From: Patescibacteria group bacterium
Lineage (GTDB): Bacteria; Patescibacteriota; Kazan-3B-28
NCBI GenBank assembly: GCA_028717565.1
Contig: JAQUNP010000001.1
Coordinates: forward strand, 293,996 to 357,995
DNA: 64,000 bases
Direction: 5' to 3'
In this document: positions 1 through 10,831 of the stretch, piece after piece
How the letters are laid out: every line of letters begins with the position of its first letter
Position numbering within the stretch: the first letter of the stretch is position 1
Notes under the pieces: model-generated
The model's database searches: none
Seen by the model: only the letters and a program-made list of their open reading frames with translations
What the model was told of the DNA's origin: nothing
Translations under genes and position numbers: made by a program

Positions 1-34
1 TGAAACGACCATGCAACATTCGTTTAGTCATTAT

Positions 35-2047
35 TTAACCAACTAACAGGCCTAGAATTAACAGAGCCACCACATTGACAATCTTAATCATGGGGTTGAT
101 GGCGGGGCCAGCGGTATCTTTGTATGGGTCACCCACTGTATCACCCGTTACCGCAGCAGCATGGGCATCTGAGCCCTTGCCTCCCAAGTGGCCATCTTCA
201 ATGTACTTTTTGGCGTTATCCCACGCAGCCCCACCGGTAGTCATCGATATGGCTACAAAGATACCTGTAACAATGCTGCCGATTAATAGTCCACCTAAAG
301 CTTCGACGCCCAGCAAGAGCCCAACCACAATGGGGGCCACGACAGGCAGCAAAGCCGGGACAATCATCTCCCGAATTGCCGTACGAGTTACAATATCGAC
401 AGCTTTAGCATAGTTTGGCTTACCGGTACCCTCCATAATTCCAACTATGGTCTTAAATTGATGGCGCACCTCTTTAACTACAGCACTGGCTGCTCGGCCA
501 ACTGTTTCCATTGAAAGTGCAGCAAACAAATACGGTAGTAGGCCGCCAATAAAAAGACCGATCAGAACACGATGGTCGCTCAGCAAAAACTGTGTCGCAC
601 TACCTGTTAGTTTCTCTAAATCTTGTGAATAGGCAGCAAACAAAACGATGGCCGCTAAAGCAGCCGAACCAATCGCATAGCCCTTGGTAACTGCTTTGGT
701 AGTATTGCCCACCGCATCGAGAGCATCGGTGGTTTTACGTACATTTTCGGGAAGACCTGACATTTCTGCAATACCGCCAGCATTGTCTGTAATCGGCCCA
801 TAGGCATCAACTGCGACAATAATTCCCACCATCGATAGCATACTCATCGCCGCCATGGCCACCCCAAACAACCCGGCTAGAGCAAAGGCCCCCCAAATCG
901 CAGCCGCAATGACGATGATAGGAAGAGCCGTTGACTTCATACCGACTGCCAACCCCGCAATCACATTGGTGCCGTGTCCTGTACTGGAGGCCTCGGCGAT
1001 TGTCTTAACAGGTTGGTACTCTGTGGATGTGTAGTATTCAGTAATAATAATGATCGCAGCGGTAACTGCCAAACCAATTAAGGAGGCGTAGAAAAGATGC
1101 AGATAATCAACTCCTGCGACATCGGCTAGTAGATACCGAGTCACACCGTAGAACCCCGCTATGGCTAAAACCCCGCTGGCGATGAGACCTTTATAGATAG
1201 CTCCCATGATCTTGGTGCTGTGTTTGCCTAGTCGGACAAACCAAGTGCCGATGATGGAAGCCAAAATAGATACCGCACCAATAGCTAGGGGATAGATAAT
1301 CATCAGCGGATTGCCAGCAAAGAGTAGGGCAGCCAATACCATTGTGGCCACCGCAGTCACTGCATAAGTTTCGAATAAATCTGCCGCCATGCCAGCACAG
1401 TCACCAACATTGTCACCAACATTGTCGGCGATCACTGCAGGATTTCGGGGGTCGTCTTCGGGAATTTTGGCTTCGACTTTGCCGACTAGGTCAGCACCCA
1501 CATCGGCGCCTTTGGTAAAAATGCCACCACCGAGACGGGCAAAAATAGAGATTAGGCTGCCTCCGAAACCGAGGCCAATCAAGGCGTTGACGTCTTTGGT
1601 CAAATAATAAAATCCGGCCACGCCTAGCAGACCCAGACCAACCACAAACAATCCCGTGACTGTCCCGCCATTAAACGCTACCGCCAAGGCTGGTTGCAAA
1701 CCTTTTTCAGCCGCAACCGTAGTACGTACGTTGGCTCTGACCGATACATACATACCAATAAATCCAGCCAGACCCGACAGGAATGCTCCCGTTAAGAAAC
1801 CGAGAGCGGTGTTGAGCCCTAAAAAGTAATAAAGCACTCCGCTTAAAATCACGGCCACGATAGCAATAGTCGAATACTGCCGTTTCATATAGGCGCTGGC
1901 TCCTTCTTGGATAGCGCTAGCGATTTCAGCCATTTTGGCGGTACCGCTGGGCTTACCGAGCACCCAAGCTACCAAGATAAAAGCGTATAAAATGGCTAAT
2001 CCACCAGTAATAAGTGCTAAAGTCATGCTAAGTGTTGTCGGACTCAT
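35..2047 (-). CDS. hppA: Membrane-bound H+-translocating pyrophosphatase, K+-independent type
   Basis: 670 aa polytopic protein. Hallmark motifs [18 protein letters not shown] and [24 protein letters not shown] (Lys rather than Ala) marks the K+-independent subfamily. AAGGAG-like SD upstream. Confidence 0.95.
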   Translation of the reverse strand: MSPTTLSMTLALITGGLAILYAFILVAWVLGKPSGTAKMAEIASAIQEGASAYMKRQYSTIAIVAVILSGVLYYFLGLNTALGFLTGAFLSGLAGFIGMYVSVRANVRTTVAAEKGLQPALAVAFNGGTVTGLFVVGLGLLGVAGFYYLTKDVNALIGLGFGGSLISIFARLGGGIFTKGADVGADLVGKVEAKIPEDDPRNPAVIADNVGDNVGDCAGMAADLFETYAVTAVATMVLAALLFAGNPLMIIYPLAIGAVSILASIIGTWFVRLGKHSTKIMGAIYKGLIASGVLAIAGFYGVTRYLLADVAGVDYLHLFYASLIGLAVTAAIIIITEYYTSTEYQPVKTIAEASSTGHGTNVIAGLAVGMKSTALPIIVIAAAIWGAFALAGLFGVAMAAMSMLSMVGIIVAVDAYGPITDNAGGIAEMSGLPENVRKTTDALDAVGNTTKAVTKGYAIGSAALAAIVLFAAYSQDLEKLTGSATQFLLSDHRVLIGLFIGGLLPYLFAALSMETVGRAASAVVKEVRHQFKTIVGIMEGTGKPNYAKAVDIVTRTAIREMIVPALLPVVAPIVVGLLLGVEALGGLLIGSIVTGIFVAISMTTGGAAWDNAKKYIEDGHLGGKGSDAHAAAVTGDTVGDPYKDTAGPAINPMIKIVNVVALLILGLLVG

Positions 2048-2115
2048 AAGCTTTCTCCTTTATATGTTTATATCAATCGAGTGATAAGCCATTATAACAA
2101 TTTTTGTTATCTCGG

Positions 2116-3267
2116 CTATATATCTTCGCCCAGAGCTTTCCTATATGTATTTAGGGTTTCCTTCACCATTTTAGTATAGGAATATTTTTTGATCTGCTGA
2201 AACCCTTTGTCTTTTAACTCCTTTTGTAATCGGAAAGTGGTAGCCAATTTGTACATAGCTTGAGCTATATCTTCTAAGCTCTTCGGATTAAAAAACAGAG
2301 CAGCATCGCCTAAGATTTCTGGCATTACGGAAGCGTTGGAGGATATAACTGGCACACCAGCCGCCATTGCCTCTAAGGGCGGGATGCCAAATCCCTCATA
2401 CAGTGATGGAAAAATAAAAGCAAAGGCCCCCGCATAGAAATAGGGGAGGTCTTGGTCGGCCACGTAACCAGTCGTAATGACATCATCTTGCAAACCAAGC
2501 TGCTTGATTGTCTCTGGAATCTCGGGTGCAAATGGATCGAGCTTACCAACTAGTACTAACTGATAATCCAGTTGATACTGGCGCTTGAAGGTGGCAAAAG
2601 CTCGAATCAGCCGAACTAGATTTTTGTGTGGCCGCCATTCACCAACGTACAAGAAATACGGACGTGAGATATTGTGTTTCGCTTTTATTGCCTCGAGTCG
2701 TTTGGGCTCTACCTTGTCTCGATAGCGCTTAGGGGCTGACTCATAGATAACATCTATCTTGTCAGCGTTTATGCCTAAATATTTAACAATATCGGTTTTG
2801 GTCCCTTTCGAAACTGCGATAATGCGGGTAGCGTTTTCACACGACTGACGCATAACCTGACGGTAGACCACCCGTCTGAGCCAGCTTTTTTGTTTGCGGC
2901 CCGGGAAAAACCACAGTGTTAGATCGTGCACTGTCACTACGCTTTTGACTTGAGTGAAAAAGACCGGCGTATTGAAATTAGTGTAATGGATCAAATCCAA
3001 CCTGGCCTTTTTAAGCACACTCGGGTAGAGCAGCTGCTCACTATAGGTATAGTGTTTGTATGGGACCGGCCACTTTTTTAAGTTTTTGGCGTAGAACGGG
3101 AAGGTCTCGGCCACCTCTGGCAGAACAAATGCGACATACTGGTTAAAGTCGTCGAATTTTACAAGATTGGAGATGAGCTCTTCAGTGTAGGTTCCAATAC
3201 CAGTGGCCTGAGCCGTTCCGAACAGCCGCGCGTCAATGCCGATACGTTTTGGTATTTTATTCTTCAT
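2116..3267 (-). CDS. Glycosyltransferase family 4 (GT-B fold)
   Basis: 383 aa. C-terminal [20 protein letters not shown] motif typical of GT4. 11-nt overlap with the upstream gene. Confidence 0.85.
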   Translation of the reverse strand: MKNKIPKRIGIDARLFGTAQATGIGTYTEELISNLVKFDDFNQYVAFVLPEVAETFPFYAKNLKKWPVPYKHYTYSEQLLYPSVLKKARLDLIHYTNFNTPVFFTQVKSVVTVHDLTLWFFPGRKQKSWLRRVVYRQVMRQSCENATRIIAVSKGTKTDIVKYLGINADKIDVIYESAPKRYRDKVEPKRLEAIKAKHNISRPYFLYVGEWRPHKNLVRLIRAFATFKRQYQLDYQLVLVGKLDPFAPEIPETIKQLGLQDDVITTGYVADQDLPYFYAGAFAFIFPSLYEGFGIPPLEAMAAGVPVISSNASVMPEILGDAALFFNPKSLEDIAQAMYKLATTFRLQKELKDKGFQQIKKYSYTKMVKETLNTYRKALGEDI

Positions 3268-4486
3268 AAGACCTGCCTTGTCTATTCCATACTACAATCA
3301 TTGCCAGTATCAGCCAAAGGAGGGCCGAGAGATCATTTTTCCAATAACTAACATCGATTAGACCATGGACTAACATAACCCCCAAGGCCAGTCCTAAAAC
3401 CCCAGCGGGGCCAGAAAGACGTTGGAACAAGGTACGAATATGGTAGCCCAAAACCCAAACAAAACCAGCCAATCCTGCGACGCCCGTCTCTAAAATAAAC
3501 TGCAAAAAGAGATTGTGAGAGTGCAGCATAATGGTCTCGAAAGGAGGATGAAAAAGCCGTTCGGCAAACAGCAGATATTTATTTTGGAACTGACCCAAGC
3601 CAATGCCTGTCAGCCAATTTTCTTTGATCATGAGCAGGGCTGTTTGCCACACTTGTAACCGAACACTTGCAGAGGACCGTTGTGACAGATCCAACATTCT
3701 AATAAATCTTTCACTGCCTAGCTGCGATATAAATAACACGCCCGGTGCCACCAGCACTGCCAGCCACCACTTCCAAAGCTGTTTTCTATAAAGGAAAGCC
3801 CAGCCCAGACCTGCCAAGATGAGTGCTAGCCAGCCACCGTAAGAAAAAGAAAAATAGATTGCGACCAGCCCCAAAACGCAGGCCAAACTAGCCAGTAGTT
3901 TACTGCGAAATGACGGTTGAGCCAACACAATCAAACCCAGTACCAAAACCGGGACGAGATAGAGAGACAGGTAGTTGGGTGAGCTAAACCAGGCGCTAGC
4001 CCGACCGTCTATGGTTATGAACTGCTGCGCAATAACTTGCCAAACAGCGTAGCCACTAAGTAGGAGCGACGAGGCGAGCAGAGCCGAGAGAAAGCCAGAG
4101 ATTTGTTTAAAATCAACCAGCTGAACGACTAGAAAATACAGCAGCAATGGATCAATAAACCATCCCTTGATAATACCCAGGGCGGTACGCGGGTCGCCGG
4201 AAACAACCACGCCCAAACTCAGCCCGATTGCCAATAATAATAGGCCGCCCCAAAAGGGCCTGAAGACGGTTTGGAGGCGAGATACTATCCAACGAAGGTG
4301 CCTTATACCCCAAGCCAAACCGTTGGCGTAAATCAAGATTTCGAGCAGGGTAGTAGGAATACCAAACACCTCAAACCGGATGATGTAAAAGGGAATCGCA
4401 AAGATTGTCAGCCACAAAGCTAACTTTGGCCTCCACCAGGCTAGACCCACAAATATAATCCCAATGATAATCGGTAGCATCTCCAT
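3257..4486 (-). CDS. O-antigen ligase/Wzy_C-like polytopic membrane protein
   Basis: 409 aa with many TM helices. Loop HSHNLFLQFILETGVAGL resembles the Wzy_C signature. Confidence 0.7.
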   Translation of the reverse strand: MEMLPIIIGIIFVGLAWWRPKLALWLTIFAIPFYIIRFEVFGIPTTLLEILIYANGLAWGIRHLRWIVSRLQTVFRPFWGGLLLLAIGLSLGVVVSGDPRTALGIIKGWFIDPLLLYFLVVQLVDFKQISGFLSALLASSLLLSGYAVWQVIAQQFITIDGRASAWFSSPNYLSLYLVPVLVLGLIVLAQPSFRSKLLASLACVLGLVAIYFSFSYGGWLALILAGLGWAFLYRKQLWKWWLAVLVAPGVLFISQLGSERFIRMLDLSQRSSASVRLQVWQTALLMIKENWLTGIGLGQFQNKYLLFAERLFHPPFETIMLHSHNLFLQFILETGVAGLAGFVWVLGYHIRTLFQRLSGPAGVLGLALGVMLVHGLIDVSYWKNDLSALLWLILAMIVVWNRQGRSYEE

Positions 4487-4493
4487 AGGATTA

Positions 4494-5669
4494 TTATTGA
4501 CTAGTTTCTGCTAAACTTAAACTCGCCGTCACCAACCAAAGAGTTAGCAGGGGAGGATACAACCAAGCGTTAATAAACACTGACGCCACTACCAAAACAC
4601 CCGTATTAATGACAAACCACCGGCTGAACAGGTTGTGGTGATTACGGACTTTGGGCACGGCTACGAAAAGCAAAACAATCACAAAAATTATAAAAGCTGC
4701 CAGGCCCAAAAACCCTGATGTAGCAGCAATCGTCAACAAGCTGCTGTCGAAGCCAGACATGGCATGCCCACCGAGAACTTCCTCGCTGAAAATCGTACTC
4801 TCCCGAACAATCGGCAACGTATTGTAGCCCACTCCTAGCCAGGGGTGTGTTTGAACTAAGTGCCACCCTTCTTGCCAAGACTGTAATCTAAATTGAAAAC
4901 TGTCTCCAGAAAGAGCATCTAGTAATCGAGTTTGAATTGAAGGAATCAAAAGTCCGCCCATCATCAGCAAGCCGAGCAGCGCCCAGGCCCAGCGATTACG
5001 AACCACTACAACCAACCCCACCGCAGCTGCACCTAGGGCAATTAGCCCGGTGCGTGAAACCGTCAAGACAAGCGCCCCCAAATTGATACCCAGCGCTATC
5101 AACCACGACCAGGGTTGGGATTGCTTCTGCATCAAAACCAAGAAAGTCAGTGCGGTCCCGAACACCAAGAAAACAGCCGAGAAATTGGGATCAAAAAAAG
5201 TTCCGACCAAACGAAACCGGTGCGGGTCCCACCCCAAATATTCAAATATCTCAAAATCTGGGAAGAGTCCGAATTGAATGAAACTAATGGCCACAAAGCT
5301 AGCAAAAGCAATGCCAAGAGCCGACAGAAAGAACCCTCGATTATGCCAATTGATTTGCTGCCACCACAAAAAGGCTACTAAACCATAGAGCACCAGACGC
5401 GCCCAATAGGCACCAGCTACTATGACGTCTCCGACCTCTAGTCCCCGCAGGTTCAACAGAAGCGAAAGCAACAAGGCGCCGACAAAAACTAAAAACCACC
5501 GGAATGGGACAGACCGCCAAAGAGTGGGGGTTGATCGAAAAAGCAAAAGACCACAAGCCACTACCATCGCCACATCGAGCAGGGGTACAGTGAAGTTAAG
5601 CACAGGCACCCTGAGCAACTGCCCTGCTACTAGACCGACTAAAATAATAACGAGAACCAATCTATCCAT
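4494..5669 (-). CDS. O-antigen ligase/Wzy_C-like polytopic membrane protein (paralog)
   Basis: 391 aa polytopic protein with the same architecture as its neighbour (SRTGLIALG segment, large loop near the C-terminus). Confidence 0.6.
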   Translation of the reverse strand: MDRLVLVIILVGLVAGQLLRVPVLNFTVPLLDVAMVVACGLLLFRSTPTLWRSVPFRWFLVFVGALLLSLLLNLRGLEVGDVIVAGAYWARLVLYGLVAFLWWQQINWHNRGFFLSALGIAFASFVAISFIQFGLFPDFEIFEYLGWDPHRFRLVGTFFDPNFSAVFLVFGTALTFLVLMQKQSQPWSWLIALGINLGALVLTVSRTGLIALGAAAVGLVVVVRNRWAWALLGLLMMGGLLIPSIQTRLLDALSGDSFQFRLQSWQEGWHLVQTHPWLGVGYNTLPIVRESTIFSEEVLGGHAMSGFDSSLLTIAATSGFLGLAAFIIFVIVLLFVAVPKVRNHHNLFSRWFVINTGVLVVASVFINAWLYPPLLTLWLVTASLSLAETSQ

Positions 5670-6756
5670 ACCGCTTGAGTATCTCCAAGGTTTTTTGAGC
5701 TGTACTTCGCCAAGAAAATTCTAGAGCCCGTTTGCGCCCAGCTCGGCTTAGTTGCCGCTGTAGATTGGGGGAACTCAAAATCCGTTTGATGGCATCGGTT
5801 AACTTATCCGTCTGGGTGGGTGGTACTTGGATTGCGGCCGACCCGACCACTTCGGGTAGAGAGGCCTGGTTGCTAACAATCGTTGGCACACCGCATGCCA
5901 TTGCCTCCAAGGGAGGCATACCAAATCCTTCATAAAGAGACGGGAACACAAAAAGTTGAGCTAAGTTATAAACCGCCACTTGGTCTGCGTCACGGATAAA
6001 CCCGGTCACGACAATATCATCCGTCAGCAGGGTTTGGAGTTGCTGGCTTTGCCATCCCAAACTTCCAGCTAGGACTAATCTCGTGTCTGGGAATTGTGAT
6101 TTCAGTGATTGGAAAGCTGAAATTAATATCGGAAGGTTTTTGCGTGGCTCAAGGGTGCCTAGGTACAAAACAAAGTTGTCGGGCAATTTATATCGCTTTT
6201 TTAGCTGTTTTTTAGTAGAAACCTTGAGTGCTACCGGCCGGTAATGTTCGTTTACCCCTAAGAGAGTGGTAGTGACTTTGTGGGCAGGCACCCGAAACAG
6301 AGCTTGGGCTTCTTGGCGAGTGAAATCCGAAATGGCTAATAAATGTTTGGCTGATTTTAGTGCTAGCGGCAAAAAAATCTTTTCTAACCTTACTGCATGC
6401 GACAAGTGTGTGGCCGGAAACCGCCAGACCGTGAAATCAAAGATCGTCATAACCACTGGCATCCGTCTCAAAAGCGCAGGAACAATGGCGCTAGTCGAGG
6501 CAAAATAAACATCGGCTGGCTTGGCTATCTCGCACCACAGCCAAACCCATAAATGCCACAAAATCTTACCGCCACCGATGGCTTTTTGCCGCCAGTTGCC
6601 TTTGGGTAAATGGAGTGTCTGACCAGGATAAGTCAGTAGAATTAATTCTGCGTCTTTGACCTGTTTGACCATCTCCAAAACTAGCTGCCTGGCGTATTCG
6701 CCCTTGCCAGCTCTACGCGTAGCGGCGCCTTCTCGAAAGTCGATTAAGATTTTCAT
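5662..6756 (-). CDS. Glycosyltransferase family 4
   Basis: 364 aa. EGFGMPPLEAMACGVPTIVSN motif. Overlaps both neighbours (8 nt and 4 nt). Confidence 0.85.
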   Translation of the reverse strand: MKILIDFREGAATRRAGKGEYARQLVLEMVKQVKDAELILLTYPGQTLHLPKGNWRQKAIGGGKILWHLWVWLWCEIAKPADVYFASTSAIVPALLRRMPVVMTIFDFTVWRFPATHLSHAVRLEKIFLPLALKSAKHLLAISDFTRQEAQALFRVPAHKVTTTLLGVNEHYRPVALKVSTKKQLKKRYKLPDNFVLYLGTLEPRKNLPILISAFQSLKSQFPDTRLVLAGSLGWQSQQLQTLLTDDIVVTGFIRDADQVAVYNLAQLFVFPSLYEGFGMPPLEAMACGVPTIVSNQASLPEVVGSAAIQVPPTQTDKLTDAIKRILSSPNLQRQLSRAGRKRALEFSWRSTAQKTLEILKRYG

Positions 6757-8168
6757 GTCGGTCTGATCAGCTCACGAATAGATTGTTTGTCTACGGCTTT
6801 GGTCAAAAAAATCATTGCTATATAAACCACCCCACCCAAGGCAATATTAATAAATAGGTTGTCGATATGTGCATACCACAAGACACCGAACATTACTCCC
6901 GCGCTTAAACAAGCTTTGGCGGGGATTTTGAAGGTAGGCAAAAAGCCCAGCTCTCGCCGAGTTAGAATCCAAACCGCTATCACAACCAGTAGCTCAGTGG
7001 CGACAGTAGTGGCAGCTGCCCCCGTATAAGAATATTTCGGAATAACTAACCAGTTAGCCAAGACATTAAAAAGCGTGGCCACAAAATAGGGGAGCGTTAG
7101 ATATTTTTGCCGACCTGAGGCGATCAAGACATAGTTGAAGGTGCCCCCTATAAAAGACAGCCCGACCGCGAAGATAAGAATTTTTAACACTGGGCCAGAA
7201 GGAGCGAAATCGCCGCCTGCAATCAGCACCATCAACGGAGTGCCGACCGCTAAAGTCCCCAAAACAATCGGCCAAGCTGTTAGGTGCATCACTTCGTAGG
7301 CCCGTTGGAAAATCCGTTCGGCGCGTGCACGATTGGAAGCTAGAGCGTCGGTCAAAACCGGAAATACCGAGCTCATAAAGATGGTGGCAATAGACAAGAT
7401 GACCTCAATAATTTTATAGGGTGCGCCATAAATACCCACTGCGTAATCATTTTGCATAGCCCCCAACATCAAAGAGTCGATTCTGAAGTAAATTGTAGCT
7501 AAAACCAAGGCGGCTCCTAGGGGCAAGGCCTCTCTGACAAATTCTTTCCAATACCTGAAGTCCCATCTTGGCACCAGCCACACTACTCGGTTAACCCATA
7601 CCCAGCTGATTATCCCCATGACTATGTTGGCGGCGGCGGTCATCAAAATTAGACCCAAGACCCCAGCGTCGGCTCCAATCCCCCAGAAGATGAGGCCTAA
7701 ATAAATGGCTCGACTAACTACGTTGATAACTGCCACTTTGTGCATCTCTAGTCGAGCTTGGAAAATACTGACCGGGACTTGAGCTAGCGCCATGGCAGCC
7801 TGGGAGAATGCGCCCAAAAAGATACCCGTTGTAATAATGGGGTTGTCATAAAAGACCAGAGACAGGAAATATCCGGCTGCGAACACAAGCACAGAAAGAG
7901 TTAATTTCAGACCCAGGACATTCCCAGAGATCTCGGCTTCCTTCTCAGGATGTTTCGCAATCTCTCGAACTTGTAACAAAAAGAAGCCAAAATCAACAAA
8001 GATACTCAGGATGGCCAGATAGGCAAAAACTAATGTGTACTGACCATACCCCTCGACTCCTAAGTACCGAAGCATATATGCAACCGCCACCAGCGAGAGC
8101 AGAGTGGTAACCGCACGAGCGATTACTTGCACGATTGTGTTGTAGGCAATCTTTTGCGAGTCCTTCAT
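6753..8168 (-). CDS. Polysaccharide flippase (Wzx/MOP superfamily)
   Basis: 471 aa with about 14 TM helices. N-terminal pattern typical of polysaccharide biosynthesis/Wzx proteins. Lies in the glycan cluster. Confidence 0.75.
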   Translation of the reverse strand: MKDSQKIAYNTIVQVIARAVTTLLSLVAVAYMLRYLGVEGYGQYTLVFAYLAILSIFVDFGFFLLQVREIAKHPEKEAEISGNVLGLKLTLSVLVFAAGYFLSLVFYDNPIITTGIFLGAFSQAAMALAQVPVSIFQARLEMHKVAVINVVSRAIYLGLIFWGIGADAGVLGLILMTAAANIVMGIISWVWVNRVVWLVPRWDFRYWKEFVREALPLGAALVLATIYFRIDSLMLGAMQNDYAVGIYGAPYKIIEVILSIATIFMSSVFPVLTDALASNRARAERIFQRAYEVMHLTAWPIVLGTLAVGTPLMVLIAGGDFAPSGPVLKILIFAVGLSFIGGTFNYVLIASGRQKYLTLPYFVATLFNVLANWLVIPKYSYTGAAATTVATELLVVIAVWILTRRELGFLPTFKIPAKACLSAGVMFGVLWYAHIDNLFINIALGGVVYIAMIFLTKAVDKQSIRELIRPT

Positions 8169-8755
8169 GGTTTAGTGATGACGGCCATGTATTGAATCTT
8201 GGCTCGGGGTAAATAAAAACGAGGGAAAACTTTCGGCGAGTAATATATGCTTTTAAGAAGTTTGTAGTTTTTAAAGATTCTTTCCCAGGCCTCTTTTCGC
8301 AAAAGCCGTTCGTTGCCAAGATCTTTTTGGGGGTATAAAAAATTGGGAACAGAAATCACTACCCGTTTGGCAACTCGTAACTGTTCATCCAGCATGCGTG
8401 TGATATCTGAATCTGAAAAATGTTCCATCAGGCCCTGATGGAAAGCCGTGTCGAAAGATGCGTCAGGGAAGGGGAGGCAAAAAGTGTCTGCCACTTGGTA
8501 TCGCACCTTCACGCCCATAGCGGTGGCTACCTTTCGGGCACGCTCAACAATTTTGGGGTTGATGTCGATACTAGTCATATCAAAACCGAACCATGCTCCT
8601 AGGATAGACATGGTACTAGTCCCAGTCGCCACCTCTAAAATTTTGTCTCCTTTATGTTTAAAAACCTCGGCCAGAAATTCCCGATGGCCGAACAGATTCC
8701 CAATAAAAGTTTCGATTGATAACTCTTTGGGATAGTAATCGTCCCACTGTTTCAT
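8165..8755 (-). CDS. Class I SAM-dependent methyltransferase
   Basis: 196 aa. Motif I ILEVATGTS followed by the acidic-loop pattern. 4-nt overlap with the flippase gene and 1-nt TAATG overlap with jag. Confidence 0.75.
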   Translation of the reverse strand: MKQWDDYYPKELSIETFIGNLFGHREFLAEVFKHKGDKILEVATGTSTMSILGAWFGFDMTSIDINPKIVERARKVATAMGVKVRYQVADTFCLPFPDASFDTAFHQGLMEHFSDSDITRMLDEQLRVAKRVVISVPNFLYPQKDLGNERLLRKEAWERIFKNYKLLKSIYYSPKVFPRFYLPRAKIQYMAVITKP

Positions 8756-9213
8756 TACTTGTCTGGCTTAACCACCACCCGGCGGTGTTCGCCGTCACCT
8801 TCGCTTTCGCTCCTGACACCAGATTCATCAACCAGAGCTAGATGCACGAGACGCCTTTCGAAAGAAGACATCGGTTCTAAATAAACAGCTGTGCCAGTAC
8901 TCCGACATTGTTCGGCTGCCTCTCGGGCAGTGTTGGCTAATTTAGTACGTTGTTGTTGATGAAATCCGCCGATGCTTAGCGAGAGCGACACCCGTTCCTC
9001 GGGGAAGTCGCTCCGAGTGATAAGACGCAGGAGGTGCTGGAAGCCCAACAGCGGTTCGACTGAGCGGCCAATAAAGAGCTGGTCATTGGAGGTTTTGACA
9101 TCCACCACCAAAACCCCGTCTTCCTCGGCAATAGCAATCTCGGGGGCTAGTTCAAAAAAGGCAAAGAGCTCCTGAAGACGGATTCTAATTTTTTGTTCGA
9201 CTTCTTTATTCAT
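8755..9213 (-). CDS. jag: Jag/SpoIIIJ-associated KH + R3H RNA-binding protein
   Basis: 152 aa. R3H-type motif SFERRLVHLAL. Conserved position directly after yidC. Confidence 0.8.
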   Translation of the reverse strand: MNKEVEQKIRIRLQELFAFFELAPEIAIAEEDGVLVVDVKTSNDQLFIGRSVEPLLGFQHLLRLITRSDFPEERVSLSLSIGGFHQQQRTKLANTAREAAEQCRSTGTAVYLEPMSSFERRLVHLALVDESGVRSESEGDGEHRRVVVKPDK

Positions 9214-9985
9214 GATGATGGGTTTGAGCTGCTACCTTCCGTTCTTGTCGAGCAAACGTCTGGTAAATGATTACTTGCTGAATCGCCATAACTAGCGTGG
9301 TGGTGGCCCAATAGAGGCCAAGTGCGGCTGGTAAGGTATACGCGATTCCGAAAGTAACAAGTGGAAAGATGTAGAGAAACCATGAGGTCGGATTCTTCTT
9401 ACCTGAGGTTTTAGTATACCTGGCTGTGATGATTGTTTGAAGCAGCTGCACTACGCCGGCTAATATGGCCAAGACAAGGCTTCGTTCGGTCAGATCAATC
9501 GTCAACGCGGAGGCATGAAGGAAGTTGAGAAAAATTGTGTTGAGTTCCAGGGGGGGATTAGGGAACCAGTTATAAAGATGTTGTAAACTTTCGGTACTCA
9601 AACCCGCAATAAAAACTCGGTACAGAGCAAACAGAATCGGGAGCTGAATGATCATTGGGAGACAGCTACCAAACAGATTTACCTTGTGTTCTTTGTAAAT
9701 CTTCATAACCTCCTGGGACTGTCTCTGGGGATCGTCTTTGTATTGTTCTTTAACCTTTTCGATGTAGGGTTGCACTTTTTGCATATCCCTTTGCGACTTC
9801 AAGCTGCTAGCATAGGAGGGGTGTAAGACCAATCGAATCAGGATGGTTAGTGCAATAATAGCCAGGCCCAGGTCTGGCACAGGCAGCCAGACATAGAAAA
9901 GAACTAAAATGTTGAGTAAGGGAACATACAAGAGCTTGCCCATCAGTCCATTCCACATTCCCTCTGTGATTTGAATAGTTTTCAT
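9206..9985 (-). CDS. yidC: Membrane protein insertase YidC (short form)
   Basis: 259 aa with 5 TM helices. Conserved PILFALY.. and LGLYW segments. Synteny yidD-yidC-jag. Confidence 0.9.
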   Translation of the reverse strand: MKTIQITEGMWNGLMGKLLYVPLLNILVLFYVWLPVPDLGLAIIALTILIRLVLHPSYASSLKSQRDMQKVQPYIEKVKEQYKDDPQRQSQEVMKIYKEHKVNLFGSCLPMIIQLPILFALYRVFIAGLSTESLQHLYNWFPNPPLELNTIFLNFLHASALTIDLTERSLVLAILAGVVQLLQTIITARYTKTSGKKNPTSWFLYIFPLVTFGIAYTLPAALGLYWATTTLVMAIQQVIIYQTFARQERKVAAQTHHHE

Positions 9986-9986
9986 G

Positions 9987-10235
9987 TTAGTTTCTTTCTC
10001 GATCTAAAATTGGGTCTACGCCTCTGGGTGCAAAAGGATGACACCGACAAACCCGCGCGACACTCAAAAAGCCGCCCTTGACCACGCCATGAGCTTCGAT
10101 GGATTGTTTGGCATATTCGCTGCAGGTGGGGAAATATCGACAGTGTAGCTCTGGATGAGTTTGTCCCCAAGGACTGTGATCGGGAGAGATCAGCTTTTGA
10201 TACCAGCCAATAAGTGTCAGGAGTATAGATTTCAT
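9987..10235 (-). CDS. yidD: Membrane protein insertion efficiency factor YidD
   Basis: 82 aa. CRYFPTCSEYA...RCHPF..GVDP matches the YidD signature. Confidence 0.9.
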   Translation of the reverse strand: MKSILLTLIGWYQKLISPDHSPWGQTHPELHCRYFPTCSEYAKQSIEAHGVVKGGFLSVARVCRCHPFAPRGVDPILDRERN

Positions 10236-10238
10236 AAA

Positions 10239-10526
10239 TTAATGGATTAGCCCTAAAAGTTCTTTTTTCATCTCGGCGAAAGATTTGTCTAAGATCGAGG
10301 GCTTGGCTATAACGATGACCCCGAGAGTGGGGGAGAGCGTCTTAATAATCTCTCGGATTTGCCGGCGCAGACGGTTTCTAACCGTGGCTCGTTTATCAAC
10401 TTTTTGGCTCACGACTACACGTGGCCTTATGTGCGTCCCGACATCCTTATAATAAACCGAAAAAGCGCTGGAGCTAACTCGCATACCGCGTGTGCGGATG
10501 GTATGGAAAATGTCTGCTGCGGGCAT
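10239..10526 (-). CDS. rnpA: RNase P protein component
   Basis: 95 aa basic protein. RNRLRRQIREI (RNR motif). Sits between rpmH and yidD. Confidence 0.8.
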   Translation of the reverse strand: MPAADIFHTIRTRGMRVSSSAFSVYYKDVGTHIRPRVVVSQKVDKRATVRNRLRRQIREIIKTLSPTLGVIVIAKPSILDKSFAEMKKELLGLIH

Positions 10527-10534
10527 TTTGAGAC

Positions 10535-10672
10535 CTACTCCGAAAGTTTTTTGCGACCCTTGGCGCGTCTGCGAGCCAAAACTGTCCGGCCTCCCGCGGT
10601 CGCCATTCGGGCTCTAAAACCAAATTTACGTTGGCGTTTGGTCTTGCTGGGCTGGTATGTGCTTTTAGTCAT
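10535..10672 (-). CDS. rpmH: 50S ribosomal protein L34 (not in the supplied ORF track; shorter than any ORF listed there)
   Basis: Hand translation of the minus strand gives [45 protein letters not shown] (45 aa), the canonical L34 sequence pattern. ATG at 10672-10670, TAG at 10537-10535. Confidence 0.92.
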   Translation of the reverse strand: MTKSTYQPSKTKRQRKFGFRARMATAGGRTVLARRRAKGRKKLSE

Positions 10673-10831
10673 AAATCCTTTTAATCCGCTTTATTACTTG
10701 CCCAGTATATATTTTTGGGCACCTGAAGGCAACCTAAAAAATCAGGATAAAAACAAAGCTTTTTGAAATGATATATTGAAGTGTAGTATAAGAACAGGGG
10801 GTAGGGATAATAATTAATACCTTGGATTTCG

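Noticed and set aside
4245-4262. Possible third copy of the palindromic element (CCCCAAAAGGGCC).
   Set aside because: Only the first half matches. It lies inside a well-supported coding region and lacks the second arm.
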